Below, piece by piece: positions 46,201 through 62,800 of a stretch of DNA of 64,000 nt. Numbering within the stretch: the stretch's first letter is position 1; the number at the start of each line of letters is the position of its first letter. The position numbers and the translations under genes are program-made. Source of the DNA: Eledone cirrhosa (taxonomy: Eukaryota). Below the pieces are notes generated by a model, which had not been told where the DNA came from, ran no database searches, and worked only from the letters and a program-made list of their open reading frames with translations. The stretch spans positions 44,578,001 through 44,642,000 of the forward strand of contig OZ024755.1 of the NCBI GenBank assembly GCA_964016885.1, in the 5' to 3' direction.

Positions 46201-49200
46201 AGTTGTCAGTACCAACATATACTGTATACCACAGTTGACAGTACCAACATATACTGTGTACCACTGTTGACAGTACCAACATATACCGTGTACCACAGTT
46301 GACAGTACCAACATATACTGTGTACCACAGCTGACACTACCAACATATACTTGTACCTCAATTGACAGTACTACCATATATTGTGTACCACCGTTGACAA
46401 TACCAACGTATACTGTGTACCACAGTTGACAGTACCAACGTATACTGTGCACCACAGTTGACAGTACCAACATATACTGTGTACCACAGTTGACAATACC
46501 AACATATATTGTGTACCACAGTTGACAATACCAACACATATAGTGTACCACAGTTGACAGTACCAACGTATACTGTGTACCACAGTTGAGAGTACCAACA
46601 TGTACCGTGTACCACAGTTGACACTACCAACGTATACTGTGTACCACAGTTGACAATACCAACATATACTGTGTACCACAGTTGACAGTACCAACATATA
46701 CTGTGTACCACAGTTGAAAGTACCAACGTATACTGTGTACCACAGTTGACAACACCAACATATACTGTGTACCACAGTTGACAGTACCAACATATACTGT
46801 ATACCACAGTTGACAGTACCAACATATACTGTGTACCACAGTTGACAGTACCAACATATACTGTGTACCACAGTTGACAGTACCAACATATACTGTATAC
46901 CACAGTTGACAGTACCAACATATACTGTGTACCACTGTTGACAGTACCAACATATACCGTGTACCACAGTTGACAGTACCAACATATACTGTGTACCACA
47001 GCTGACACTACCAACATATACTTGTACCTCAGTTGACAGTACTACCATATATTGTGTACCACCGTTGACAATACCAACGTATACTGTGTACCACAGTTGA
47101 CAGTACCAACGTATACTGTGCACCACAGTTGACAGTACCAAAATATACTGTGTACCACAGTTGACAATACCAACATATACTGTGTACCACAGTTGACAGT
47201 ACCAACACATATAGTGTACCACAGTTGACAGTACCAACGTATACTGTGTACCACAGTTGCCAATGCCAACATATACTGTGTACTACAGTTGAGAGTACCA
47301 ACATATACTGTGTACCACAGTTGACAGTACCAACATATACTGTGTACCACAGTTGACAGTACCAACATATACTGTGTACCACAGTTGACAGTACCAATGT
47401 ATAATGTGTACCACAGTTGACAGTACCAACATATACTGTGTACCACAGTTGACAGTACCAACATATAATGTGTACCATAGTTGACATTACCAACGTATAT
47501 TGTGTTCCACAGTTGACAGTACCAACATGTACTGTGTACCACAGTTGACAGTACCAACGTATACTGTGTACCACAGTTGACAGTACCAACGTATACTGTG
47601 TACCACAGTTGACAGTACCAACATATAACGTGTACCACAGTTGGCTGTACCATCATATACTGTGTACCACAGTTGACAGTACCAACATATATTGTGTACC
47701 ACAGTTGACAGTACCAACATATACTGTGTACCACAGTTGACAATACCAACATATACTGTGTACCACAGTTGACAATACCAACACATATAGTGTACCACAG
47801 TTGACAGTACCAACGTATATCGTGTACCACAGTTGCCAATGCCAACATATACTGTGTACCACAGTTGAGAGTACCAACATGTACCGTGTACCACAGTTGA
47901 CAGTACCAACGTATACTGTGTACCACAGTTGACAATACCAACATATACTGTGTACCACAGTTGACAGTACCAACATATACTGTATACCACAGTTGACAGT
48001 ACCAACATATACTGTGTACCACAGTTGACAGTACCAACATATATTGTGTACCACAGTTGACAGTACAAACATATACTGTATACCACAGTCGACAGTACCA
48101 ACATATACTGTGTACCAGTGTTGACAGTACCAACATATACTGTGTACCACAGTTGACAGTACCAACATATACTGTGTACCACAGCTGACACTACCAAAAT
48201 ATACTTGTACCTCAGTTGACAGTACTAACATATATTGTGTACCACTGTTGACAGTACCAACGTATACTGTGTACCACAGTTGCCAATGCCAACATATACT
48301 GTGTACCACAGTTGACAGTACCAACATATACTGTGAACCACAGTTGACAGTATCAACATATACTGTGTACCACAGTTGACAGTACCAATGTATACTGTGT
48401 ACTACTGTTGACAGTACCAAAATATACTGTGTACCACAGTTGAAAGTACCAACGTATACTGTGTACCACAGTTGACAGTACCAACATATACTGTGTACCA
48501 CAGTTAACAGTACCAACATATACTGTGTACCACAGTTGACAGTACTAACATATAATGTGTACCACAGTTGGAAGTACCAACATATACTGTGTACCTCAGA
48601 TGACAGTACCAACATATACTGTGTACCACAATTGACAATACCAACATATACTATGTACCACAGTTGACAGTACCAACATATACTGTGTACCACAGTTGAC
48701 AGTACCAACATATACTGTGTACCACAGTTGACAGTACCAACATATACTGTGTACCTCAGTTAACAGTACCCACATATACTGTGTACCACAGTTGACAGTT
48801 CCAACGTATACTGTGTACCAGAATTGACAGTACCAACATATACTGTGTACCACAGTTGACAGTACCAAAATATACTGTGTACCACAGCTGACATTACCAA
48901 CATATACTTGTAACTCTGTTGACAGTACTAACATATACTGTGTACCACAGTTGACTGTACCAACGTATACTGTGTACCACAGTTGAAAGTACCAACGTAT
49001 ACTCTGTACCACAGTTGACAGTACCAACATATACTGTGTACCACAGCTGACACTACCAACATATACTTGTACCTCAGTTGACAGTACTAACATATACTGT
49101 GTACCACAGTTGACAGTACCAACGTATACTGTGTACCACAGTTGAAAGTACCTATATATACTGTTTACCACAGTTGACAGTACCAACATATACAGTGTAC

Positions 49201-52200
49201 CACATTTGACAGTTCCATCATATACTGTGTACCACAGTTTACAGTACCAACATATACTGTGTACCAAAGTTGACAGTACCAACGTATACTGTGTACCACA
49301 GTTGACAGTACCAACATATACTGTGTACCACAGTTCACAGTACCAACATATACAGTGTACCACAATTGACAGTACCAACATATACTGTGTACCACAGTTG
49401 ACAGTACCAACATGTACCGTGTACCACATTTGACAGTACCAACGTATACAGTGTACGACAGTTGACAATACCAACATATACTGTGTACCACGGTTGACAG
49501 TACCAACATATACTGTATACCACAGTTGACAGTACCAACATATACAGTGTACCAGAGTTGACAGTACCAACATATACTGTGTACCACAGTTGACAGTACC
49601 AACATATACTGTATACCACAGTTGACAGTACCAACATATACTGTGTACCACTGTTGACAGTACCAACATATACCGTGTACCACAGTTGACAGTACCAACA
49701 TATACTGTGTACCACAGCTGACACTACCAACATATACTTGTACCTCATTTTACAGTACTACAATATATTGTGTACCACCGTTGACAATACCAACGTATAC
49801 TGTGTACCACAGTTGCCAATGCCAACATATACTGTGTACCACAGTTGACAGTACCAACATATACTGTGAACCACAGTTGACAGTATCAACATATACTGTG
49901 TACCACAGTTGACAGTACCAATGTATACTGTGTACTACTGTTGACAGTACCAAAATATACTGTGTACCACAGTTGAAAGTACCAACGTATACTGTGTACC
50001 ACAGTTGACAGTACCAACATATACTGTGTACCACAGTTAACAGTACCAACATATACTGTGTACCACAGTTGACAGTACTAACATATAATGTGTACCACAG
50101 TTGGCAGTACCAACATATACTGTGTACCTCAGATGACAGTACCAACATATACTGTGTACCACAATTGACAATACCAACATATACTATGTACCACAGTTGA
50201 CAGTACCAACATATACTGTGTACCACAGTTGACAGTACCAACATATACTGTGTACCACAGTTGACAGTACCAACATATACTGTGTACCTCAGTTAACAGT
50301 ACCCACATATACTGTGTACCACAGTTGACAGTACCATCATATACTGTGAACCACAGTTGACAGTTCCAACGTATACTGTGTACCAGAATTGACAGTACCA
50401 ACATATACTGTGTACCACAGTTGACAGTACCAAAATATACTGTGTACCACAGCTGACATTACCAACATATACTTGTAACTCTGTTGACAGTACTAACATA
50501 TACTGTGTACCACAGTTGACTGTACCAACGTATACTGTGTACCACAGTTGACAGTACCAACATATACTGTTTACCTCAGTTAACAGTACCCACATATACT
50601 GTGTACCACAGTTGACAGTTCCAACGTATACTGTGTACCAGAATTGACAGTACCAACATATACTGTGTACCACAGTTGACAGTACCAAAATATACTGTGT
50701 ACCACAGCTGACATTACCAACATATACTTGTAACTCTGTTGACAGTACTAACATATACTGTGTACCACAGTTGACTGTACCAACGTATACTGTGTACCAC
50801 AGTTGAAAGTACCAACGTATACTCTGTACCACAGTTGACAGTACCAACATATACTGTGTACCACAGCTGACACTACCAACATATACTTGTACCTCAGTTG
50901 ACAGTACTAACATATACTGTGTACCACAGTTGACAGTACCAACGTATACTGTGTACCACAGTTGAAAGTACCTATATATACTGTTTACCACAGTTGACAG
51001 TACCAACATATACAGTGTACCACATTTGACAGTTCCATCATATACTGTGTACCACAGTTTACAGTACCAACATATACTGTGTACCACAGTTGACAGTACC
51101 AACGTATACTGTGTACCACAGTTGACAGTACCAACATATACTGTGTACCACAGTTCACAGTACCAACATATACAGTGTACCACAATTGACAGTACCAACA
51201 TATACTGTGTACCACAGTTGACAGTACCAACATGTACCGTGTACCACATTTGACAGTACCAACGTATACAGTGTACGACAGTTGACAATACCAACATATA
51301 CTGTGTACCACGGTTGACAGTACCAACATATACTGTATACCACAGTTGACAGTACCAACATATACAGTGTACCAGAGTTGACAGTACCAACATATACTGT
51401 GTACCACAGTTGACAGTACCAACATATACTGTATACCACAGTTGACAGTACCAACATATACTGTGTACCACTGTTGACAGTACCAACATATACCGTGTAC
51501 CACAGTTGACAGTACCAACATATACTGTGTACCACAGCTGACACTACCAACATATACTTGTACCTCATTTTACAGTACTACAATATATTGTGTACCACCG
51601 TTGACAATACCAACGTATACTGTGTACCACAGTTGCCAATGCCAACATATACTGTGTACCACAGTTGACAGTACCAACATATACTGTGAACCACAGTTGA
51701 CAGTATCAACATATACTGTGTACCACAGTTGACAGTACCAATGTATACTGTGTACTACTGTTGACAGTACCAAAATATACTGTGTACCACAGTTGAAAGT
51801 ACCAACGTATACTGTGTACCACAGTTGACAGTACCAACATATACTGTGTACCACAGTTAACAGTACCAACATATACTGTGTACCACAGTTGACAGTACTA
51901 ACATATAATGTGTACCACAGTTGGCAGTACCAACATATACTGTGTACCTCAGATGACAGTACCAACATATACTGTGTACCACAATTGACAATACCAACAT
52001 ATACTATGTACCACAGTTGACAGTACCAACATATACTGTGTACCACAGTTGACAGTACCAACATATACTGTGTACCACAGTTGACAGTACCAACATATAC
52101 TGTGTACCTCAGTTAACAGTACCCACATATACTGTGTACCACAGTTGACAGTACCATCATATACTGTGAACCACAGTTGACAGTTCCAACACATATAGTG

Positions 52201-53835
52201 TACCACAGTTGACAGTACCAACGTATACTGTGTACCACAGTTGCCAATGCCAACATATACTGTGTACCACAGTTGAGAGTACCAACATATACTGTGTACC
52301 ACAGTTGACAGTACCAACATATACTGTGTACCACAGTTGACAGTACCAACATATACTGTGTACCACAGTTGACAGTACCAATGTATACTGTGTACCACAG
52401 TTGACAGTACCAACATATACTGTGTACCACAGTTGACAGTACCAACATATACTGTGTACCCTAGTTGACATTACCAACGTATATCGTGTACCACAGTTGA
52501 CAGTACCAACATGTACTGTGTACCACAGTTGACAGTACCAACGTATACTGTGTACCACAGTTGACAGTACCAACGTATACTGTGTACCACAGTTGACAAT
52601 ACCAACATATAACGTGTACCACAGTTGGCAGTACCATCATATACTGTGTACCACAGTTGACATTACCAACATATATTGTGTACCACAGTTGACAGTACCA
52701 ACATATACTGTGTACCATAGTTGACATTACCAACGTATATTGTGTACCACAGTTGACAGTACCAACATACACCGTGTACAACAGTTGACAGTACCAACAT
52801 ATACTGTGTACCACAGTTGCGAGTACCAACATAAACTGTGTACCACAGTTGACAGTACCAACATATACTGTGTACCACTGTTGACAGTACCAACATATAC
52901 CGTGTACCACAGTTGACAGTACCAACATATACTGTGTACCACAGTTGACAGTACCAATGTATACTGTGTACCACTGTTGACAGTACCAAAATATACTGTG
53001 TACCACAGTTGACAGTACTAACATATACTGTGTACTACAGTTGACAGTACCAACATATATTGTGTACCACAGTTGACAGTACTAACATATACTGTGTACT
53101 ACAGTTGACAGAACCAACATATACTGTGTACCACAGTTGACAGTACCAACATGTACTGTGTACCACAGTTGACAGTGCCAACATATACTGTGTACCAGAG
53201 TTGACAGTACCAACATATACTGTGTACCACAGTTGACAGTACCAACATATACTGTGTACCACAGTTGACAGTACCAATGTATAATATGTACCACAGTTGA
53301 CAGTACCAACATATACTGTGTACCACAGTTGACAGTACCAACATATACTGTGTACCATAGTTGACATTACCAACGTATATTGTGTTCCACAGTTGACAGT
53401 ACCAACATGTACTGTGTAACACAGTTGACAGTACCAACGTATACTGTGTACCACAGTTGACAGTACCAACGTATACTGTGTACCACAGTTGACAGTACCA
53501 ACATATAACGTGTACCACAGTTGGCAGTACCATCATATACTGTGTACCACAGTTGACAGTACCAACATATATTGTGTACCACAGTTGACAGTACCAACAT
53601 ATACTGTGTACCATAGTTGACATTACCAACGTATATTGTGTACCACAGTTGACAGTACCAACATATCCTGTGTACCTCAGTTGACAGTACCAACATATAC
53701 TGTATACCACAGTTGACAGTACCAACATATACTGTGTACCACTGTTGACAGTACCAATATATACCGTGTACCACAGTTGACAGTACCAACATATACTGTG
53801 TACCACAGCTGACACTACCAACATATACTTTTACC
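28284..53835. repeat. Copy 2 of the 25,552-bp near-identical tandem duplication
   Basis: Same ordered variant monomers as 2732-28283. The only internal difference I spotted is C at 23715 vs A at 49267, plus G28279 vs T53831 at the junction landmark. Confidence 0.95.
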
Positions 53836-56800
53836 TCAGTTGACAGTACTACCATATATTGTGTACCACCGTTGACAATACCAACGTATACTGTGTACCA
53901 CAGTTGACAGTACCAACGTATACTGTGCACCACATTTGACAGTACCAACATATACTGTGTACCACAGTTGACAATACCAACATATACTGTGTACCACAGT
54001 TGACAATACCAACACATATAGTGTACCACAGTTGACAGTACCAACGTATATTGTGTACCACAGTTGCCAATGCCAACATATACTGTGTACCACAGTTGAG
54101 AGTACCAACATGTACCGTGTACCACAGTTGACAGTACCAACGTATACTGTGTACCACAGTTGACAATACCAACATATACTGTGTACCACAGTTGACAGTA
54201 CCAACATATACTGTGTACCACAGTTGAAAGTACCAACGTATACTGTGTACCACAGTTGACAACACCAACATATACTGTGTACCACAGTTGACAGTACCAA
54301 CATATACTGTATACCACAGTTGACAGTACCAACATATACTGTGTACAACAGTTGACAGTACCAACATATACTGTGTACCACAGTTGACAGTACCAACATA
54401 TACTGTATACCACAGTTGACAGTACCAACATATACTGTGTACCACTGTTGACAGTACCAACATATACCGTGTACCACAGTTGACAATACCAACATATACT
54501 TGTACTTCAGTTGACAGTACTACCATATATTGTGTACCACCGTTGACAATACCAACGTATACTGTGTACCACAGTTGACAGTACCAACGTATACTGTGCA
54601 CCACAGTTGACAGTACCAACATATACTGTGTACCACAGTTGACAATACCAACATATACTGTGTACCACAGTTGACAATACCAACACATATAGTGTACCAC
54701 AGTTGACAGTACCAACGTATACTGTGTACCACAGTTGCCAATGCCAACATATACTGTGTACCACAGTTGAGAGTACCAACATATACTGTGTACCACAGTT
54801 GACAGTACCAACATATACTGTGTACCACAGTTGACAGTACCAACATATACTGTGTACCACAGTTGACAGTACCAATGTATACTGTGTACCACAGTTGACA
54901 GTACCAACATATACTGTGTACCACAGTTGACAGTACCAACATATACTGTGTACCCTAGTTGACATTACCAACGTATATCGTGTACCACAGTTGACAGTAC
55001 CAACATGTACTGTGTACCACAGTTGACAGTACCAACGTATATTGTGTACCACAGTTGACAGTACCAACGTATACTGTGTACCACAGTTGACAATACCAAC
55101 ATATAACGTGTACCACAGTTGGCAGTACCATCATATACTGTGTACCACAGTTGACAGTACCAACATATATTGTGTACCACAGTTGACAGTACCAACATAT
55201 ACTGTGTACCATAGTTGACATTACCAACGTATATTGTGTACCACAGTTGACAGTACCAACATACACCGTGTACAACAGTTGACAGTACCAACATATACTG
55301 TGTACCACAGTTGCGAGTACCAACATAAACTGTGTACCACAGTTGACAGTACCAACATATACTGTGTACCACTGTTGACAGTACCAACATATACCGTGTA
55401 CCACAGTTGACAGTACCAACATATACTGTGTACCACAGCTGACACTACCAACATATACTTGTACTTCAGTTGACAGTACTACCATATATTGTGTACCACC
55501 GTTGACAATACCAACGTATACTGCGTACCACAGTTGACAGTACCAACGTATACTGTGCACCACAGTTGACAGTACCAACATATACTGTGTACCACAGTTG
55601 ACAATACCAACATATACTGTGTACCACAGTTGACAATACCAACATATACTGTGTACCACAGTTGACAATACCAACACATATAGTGTACCACAGTTGACAG
55701 TACCAACGTATACTGTGTACCACAGTTGCCAATGCCAACATATACTGTGTACCACAGTTGAGAGTACCAACATATACTGTGTACCACAGTTGACAGTACC
55801 AACATATACTGTGTACCACAGTTGTCATTACCAACATATACTGTGTACCACAGTTGACAGTACCAATGTATACTGTGTACCACAGTTGACAGTACCAACA
55901 TATACTGTGTACCACAGTTGACAGTACCAACATATATTGTGTACCATAGTTGACAGTACCAACATATACTGTGTACCATAGTTGACATTACCAACGTATA
56001 TTGTGTACCACAGTTGACAGTACCAACATACACCGTGTACAACAGTTGACAGTACCAACATATACTGTGTACCACAGTTGCGAGTACCAACATAAACTGT
56101 GTACCACAGTTGACAGTACCAACATATACTGTGTACCACAGTTGACAGTACCAACATATACTGTATACCACAGTTGACAGTACCAACATATACTGTGTAC
56201 CACAGTTGACAGTACCAACATATACTGTGTACCACAGTTGACAGTACCAACATATACTGTGTACCACAGTTGACAGTACTAACGTATACTGTGTACTACA
56301 GTTGACAGTACCAACATATACTGTGTACCACAGTTGACAGTACCAACATGTACTGTGTACCACAGTTGACAGTACCAACATATACTGTGTACCACAGTTG
56401 GCAGTACCAACATATACAGTGTACCACAGTTGACAGTACCAACATATACTGTGTACCACATTTGACAGTACCAACATATACTGTGTACCACAGTTGACAG
56501 TACCAACATGTACCGTGAACCACAGTTGACAGTACCAACATATACTGTGTACCACAGTTGAGAGTACCAACGTATAGTATGTACCACAGTTGACAGTACC
56601 AACATATACTGTGTACCACAGCTGACAGTACCAACATATACTGTGTACCACAGTTCACAGTACCAAAGTATACTGTGTATTGTACCACATTTGACAGTAC
56701 CAACTTATACTGTGTACCACAGTTGACAGTACCAACATATACTGTGTACCACTGTTGACAGTACCAACATATACCGTGTACCACATTTGACAGTACCAAC

Positions 56801-59800
56801 ATATACTGTGTACCACTGTTGACAGTACCAACATATACTGTGTACCACAGTTGACAGTGCCAACATGTACCGTGTAACACAGTTGACAGTAGCAACGTAA
56901 ACTGTGTACCACAGTTGACAATACCAACATATACTGTGTACCACAGTTGACAGTACCAACATATATAGTGTACCTCAGTTAACAGTACCCACATATACTG
57001 TGTACCACAGTTGACAGTATAAACATATACTGTGTACCACAGTTGACAGTACCATCATATACTGTGTACCACAGTTAACAGTACCAACATATACTGTGTA
57101 CCACAGTTGACAGTACCAATGTATACTGTCTACCACAGTTGACAGTACCAACATATACTGTGTACCACAGTTGACAGTACCAACATATACAGTGTACCAC
57201 AGTTGACAGTACCAACATATACTGTGTACCACAGTTGACAGTACCAACATATACTGTGTACCACAGCTGACACTACCAACATATACTTGTACCTCAGTTG
57301 ACAGTACTAACATATACTATGTACCACAGTTGACAGTACCAACATATACTGTGTACCACAGTTGACAGTACCAACATATACTGTGTACCACAGTTGACAG
57401 TACCAACATATACTCGGTGCCACTTTTCACAGTACCAACATATACTGTGTACCACAGTTGACAATACCAACGTATACTGTGTACCAGATTTGACAGTACC
57501 AACGTATATTGTGTACCACAGTTGACAATGCCATCATATAGTGTGTACCACATTTGACAGTACCAACATATACTGTGTACCACATTTGACAGTACCAACG
57601 TATACTGTGTACCACAGTTGACAGTACCAACGTATACTGTGTACCACAGTTGACAGTACCAATATATACTGTGTAACACAGTTGACAATACCAACATATA
57701 ATGTGTACCACAGTTGATAGTACCAACGTATACTATAAACCACTGTTGGCAATACCAACATATACTGTGTACTACAGTTGACAGAACCAACATATACAGT
57801 GTACCACAGTTGACAGTACCAACATATACTGTGTACCACAGTTGACAGTACCAACATATACTGTGTACCACAGTTGACAGAACCAACATGTACCGTGAAC
57901 CACAGTTGACAGTACCAACGTATACTGTGTACCACAGTTGAGAGTACCAACGTATAGTGTAACCACAGTTGACAGTACCAACATATACTGTGTACCACAG
58001 TTGACAGTACCAACATATACTGTGTACCACAGTTCACAGTACCAACGTATACTGTGTACCACATTTGACAGTACCAACATATACTGTGTACCACAGTTGA
58101 CAGTACCAACATATACTGTGTACCACTTTTGACAGTACCAACATATACCGTGTATCACATTTGACAGTACCAACATATACTGTGTACCACTGTTGACAGT
58201 ACCAACATATACTGTGTACCACAGTTGACAGTACCAACATATACCGTGTACCACAGTTGACAGTACCAACATATACTGTGTACCACAGTTGACAGTACCA
58301 ACATATACTGTGTACCACAGTTGACAGTACCAATGTATACTGTGTACCACTGTTGACAGTACCAAAATATACTGTGTACCACAGTTGACAGTACTAACAT
58401 ATACTGTGTACTACAGTTGACAGTACCAACATATATTGTGTACCACAGTTGACAGTACTAACATATACTGTGTACTACAGTTGACAGAACCAACATATAC
58501 TGTGTACCACAGTTGACAGTACCAACATGTACTGTGTACCACAGTTGACAGTGCCAACATATACTGTGTACCAGAGTTGACAGTACCAACATATACTGTG
58601 TACCACAGTTGACAGTACCAACATATACTGTGTACCACAGTTGACAGTACCAATGTATAATATGTACCACAGTTGACAGTACCAACATATACTGTGTACC
58701 ACAGTTGACAGTACCAACATATACTGTGTACCATAGTTGACATTACCAACGTATATTGTGTTCCACAGTTGACAGTACCAACATGTACTGTGTACCACAG
58801 TTGACAGTACCAACGTATACTGTGTACCACAGTTGACAGTACCAACGTATACTGTGTACCACAGTTGACAGTACCAACATATAACGTGTACCACAGTTGG
58901 CAGTACCATCATATACTGTGTACCACAGTTGACAGTACCAACATATATTGTGTACCACAGTTGACAGTACCAACATATACTGTGTACCATAGTTGACATT
59001 ACCAACGTATATTGTGTACCACAGTTGACAGTACCAACATATCCTGTGTACCTCAGTTGACAGTACCAACATATACTGTATACCACAGTTGACAGTACCA
59101 ACATATACTGTGTACCACTGTTGACAGTACCAATATATACCGTGTACCACAGTTGACAGTACCAACATATACTGTGTACCACAGCTGACACTACCAACAT
59201 ATACTTTTACCTCAGTTGACAGTACTACCATATATTGTGTACCACCGTTGACAATACCAACGTATACTGTGTACCACAGTTGACAGTACCAACGTATACT
59301 GTGCACCACATTTGACAGTACCAACATATACTGTGTACCACAGTTGACAATACCAACATATACTGTGTACCACAGTTGACAATACCAACACATATAGTGT
59401 ACCACAGTTGACAGTACCAACGTATATTGTGTACCACAGTTGCCAATGCCAACATATACTGTGTACCACAGTTGAGAGTACCAACATGTACCGTGTACCA
59501 CAGTTGACAGTACCAACGTATACTGTGTACCACAGTTGACAATACCAACATATACTGTGTACCACAGTTGACAGTACCAACATATACTGTGTACCACAGT
59601 TGAAAGTACCAACGTATACTGTGTACCACAGTTGACAACACCAACATATACTGTGTACCACAGTTGACAGTACCAACATATACTGTATACCACAGTTGAC
59701 AGTACCAACATATACTGTGTACCACAGTTGACAGTACCAACATATACTGTGTACCACAGTTGACAGTACCAACATATACTGTATACCACAGTTGACAGTA

Positions 59801-62800
59801 CCAACATATACTGTGTACCACTGTTGACAGTACCAACATATACCGTGTACCACAGTTGACAATACCAACATATACTTGTACTTCAGTTGACAGTACTACC
59901 ATATATTGTGTACCACCGTTGACAATACCAACGTATACTGTGTACCACAGTTGACAGTACCAACGTATACTGTGCACCACAGTTGACAGTACCAACATAT
60001 ACTGTGTACCACAGTTGACAATACCAACATATACTGTGTACCACAGTTGACAATACCAACACATATAGTGTACCACAGTTGACAGTACCAACGTATACTG
60101 TGTACCACAGTTGCCAATGCCAACATATACTGTGTACCACAGTTGAGAGTACCAACATATACTGTGTACCACAGTTGACAGTACCAACATATACTGTGTA
60201 CCACAGTTGACAGTACCAACATATACCGTGTACCACAGTTGACAGTACCAACATATACTGTGTACCACAGTTGACAGTACCAACATATACTGTGTACCAC
60301 AGTTGACAGTACCAATGTATACAGTGTACCACTGTTGACAGTACCAAAATATACTGTGTACCACAGTTGACAGTACTAACATATACTGTGTACTACAGTT
60401 GACAGTACCAACATATATTGTGTACCACAGTTGACAGTACTAACATATACTGTGTACTACAGTTGACAGAACCAACATATACTGTGTACCACAGTTGACA
60501 GTACCAACATGTACTGTGTACCACAGTTGACAGTGCCAACATATACTGTGTACCAGAGTTGACAGTACCAACATATACTGTGTACCACAGTTGACAGTAC
60601 CAACATATACTGTGTACCACAGTTGACAGTACCAATGTATAATATGTACCACAGTTGACAGTACCAACATATACTGTGTACCACAGTTGACAGTACCAAC
60701 ATATACTGTGTACCATAGTTGACATTACCAACGTATATTGTGTTCCACAGTTGACAGTACCAACATGTACTGTGTACCACAGTTGACAGTACCAACGTAT
60801 ACTGTGTACCACAGTTGACAGTACCAACGTATACTGTGTACCACAGTTGACAGTACCAACATATAACGTGTACCACAGTTGGCAGTACCATCATATACTG
60901 TGTACCACAGTTGACAGTACCAACATATATTGTGTACCACAGTTGACAGTACCAACATATACTGTGTACCATAGTTGACATTACCAACGTATATTGTGTA
61001 CCACAGTTGACAGTACCAACATATCCTGTGTACCTCAGTTGACAGTACCAACATATACTGTATACCACAGTTGACAGTACCAACATATACTGTGTACCAC
61101 TGTTGACAGTACCAATATATACCGTGTACCACAGTTGACAGTACCAACATATACTGTGTACCACAGCTGACACTACCAACATATACTTTTACCTCAGTTG
61201 ACAGTACTACCATATATTGTGTACCACCGTTGACAATACCAACGTATACTGTGTACCACAGTTGACAGTACCAACGTATACTGTGCACCACATTTGACAG
61301 TACCAACATATACTGTGTACCACAGTTGACAATACCAACATATACTGTGTACCACAGTTGACAATACCAACACATATAGTGTACCACAGTTGACAGTACC
61401 AACGTATATTGTGTACCACAGTTGCCAATGCCAACATATACTGTGTACCACAGTTGAGAGTACCAACATGTACCGTGTACCACAGTTGACAGTACCAACG
61501 TATACTGTGTACCACAGTTGACAATACCAACATATACTGTGTACCACAGTTGACAGTACCAACATATACTGTGTACCACAGTTGAAAGTACCAACGTATA
61601 CTGTGTACCACAGTTGACAACACCAACATATACTGTGTACCACAGTTGACAGTACCAACATATACTGTATACCACAGTTGACAGTACCAACATATACTGT
61701 GTACCACAGTTGACAGTACCAACATATACTGTGTACCACAGTTGACAGTACCAACATATACTGTATACCACAGTTGACAGTACCAACATATACTGTGTAC
61801 CACTGTTGACAGTACCAACATATACCGTGTACCACAGTTGACAATACCAACATATACTTGTACTTCAGTTGACAGTACTACCATATATTGTGTACCACCG
61901 TTGACAATACCAACGTATACTGTGTACCACAGTTGACAGTACCAACGTATACTGTGCACCACAGTTGACAGTACCAACATATACTGTGTACCACAGTTGA
62001 CAATACCAACATATACTGTGTACCACAGTTGACAATACCAACACATATAGTGTACCACAGTTGACAGTACCAACGTATACTGTGTACCACAGTTGCCAAT
62101 GCCAACATATACTGTGTACCACAGTTGAGAGTACCAACATATACTGTGTACCACAGTTGACAGTACCAACATATACTGTGTACCACAGTTGACAGTACCA
62201 ACATATACTGTGTACCACAGTTGACAGTACCAATGTATACTGTGTACCACAGTTGACAGTACCAACATATACTGTGTACCACAGTTGACAGTACCAACAT
62301 ATACTGTGTACCCTAGTTGACATTACCAACGTATATCGTGTACCACAGTTGACAGTACCAACATGTACTGTGTACCACAGTTGACAGTACCAACGTATAT
62401 TGTGTACCACAGTTGACAGTACCAACGTATACTGTGTACCACAGTTGACAATACCAACATATAACGTGTACCACAGTTGGCAGTACCATCATATACTGTG
62501 TACCACAGTTGACAGTACCAACATATATTGTGTACCACAGTTGACAGTACCAACATATACTGTGTACCATAGTTGACATTACCAACGTATATTGTGTACC
62601 ACAGTTGACAGTACCAACATACACCGTGTACAACAGTTGACAGTACCAACATATACTGTGTACCACAGTTGCGAGTACCAACATAAACTGTGTACCACAG
62701 TTGACAGTACCAACATATACTGTGTACCACTGTTGACAGTACCAACATATACCGTGTACCACAGTTGACAGTACCAACATATACTGTGTACCACAGCTGA

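Noticed and set aside
4111-58132. Short plus-strand ORFs (64-75 aa, MTVPTYTVYHS...)
   Set aside because: They arise only where a variant removes one of the periodic TGA codons, so they are repeat artefacts.
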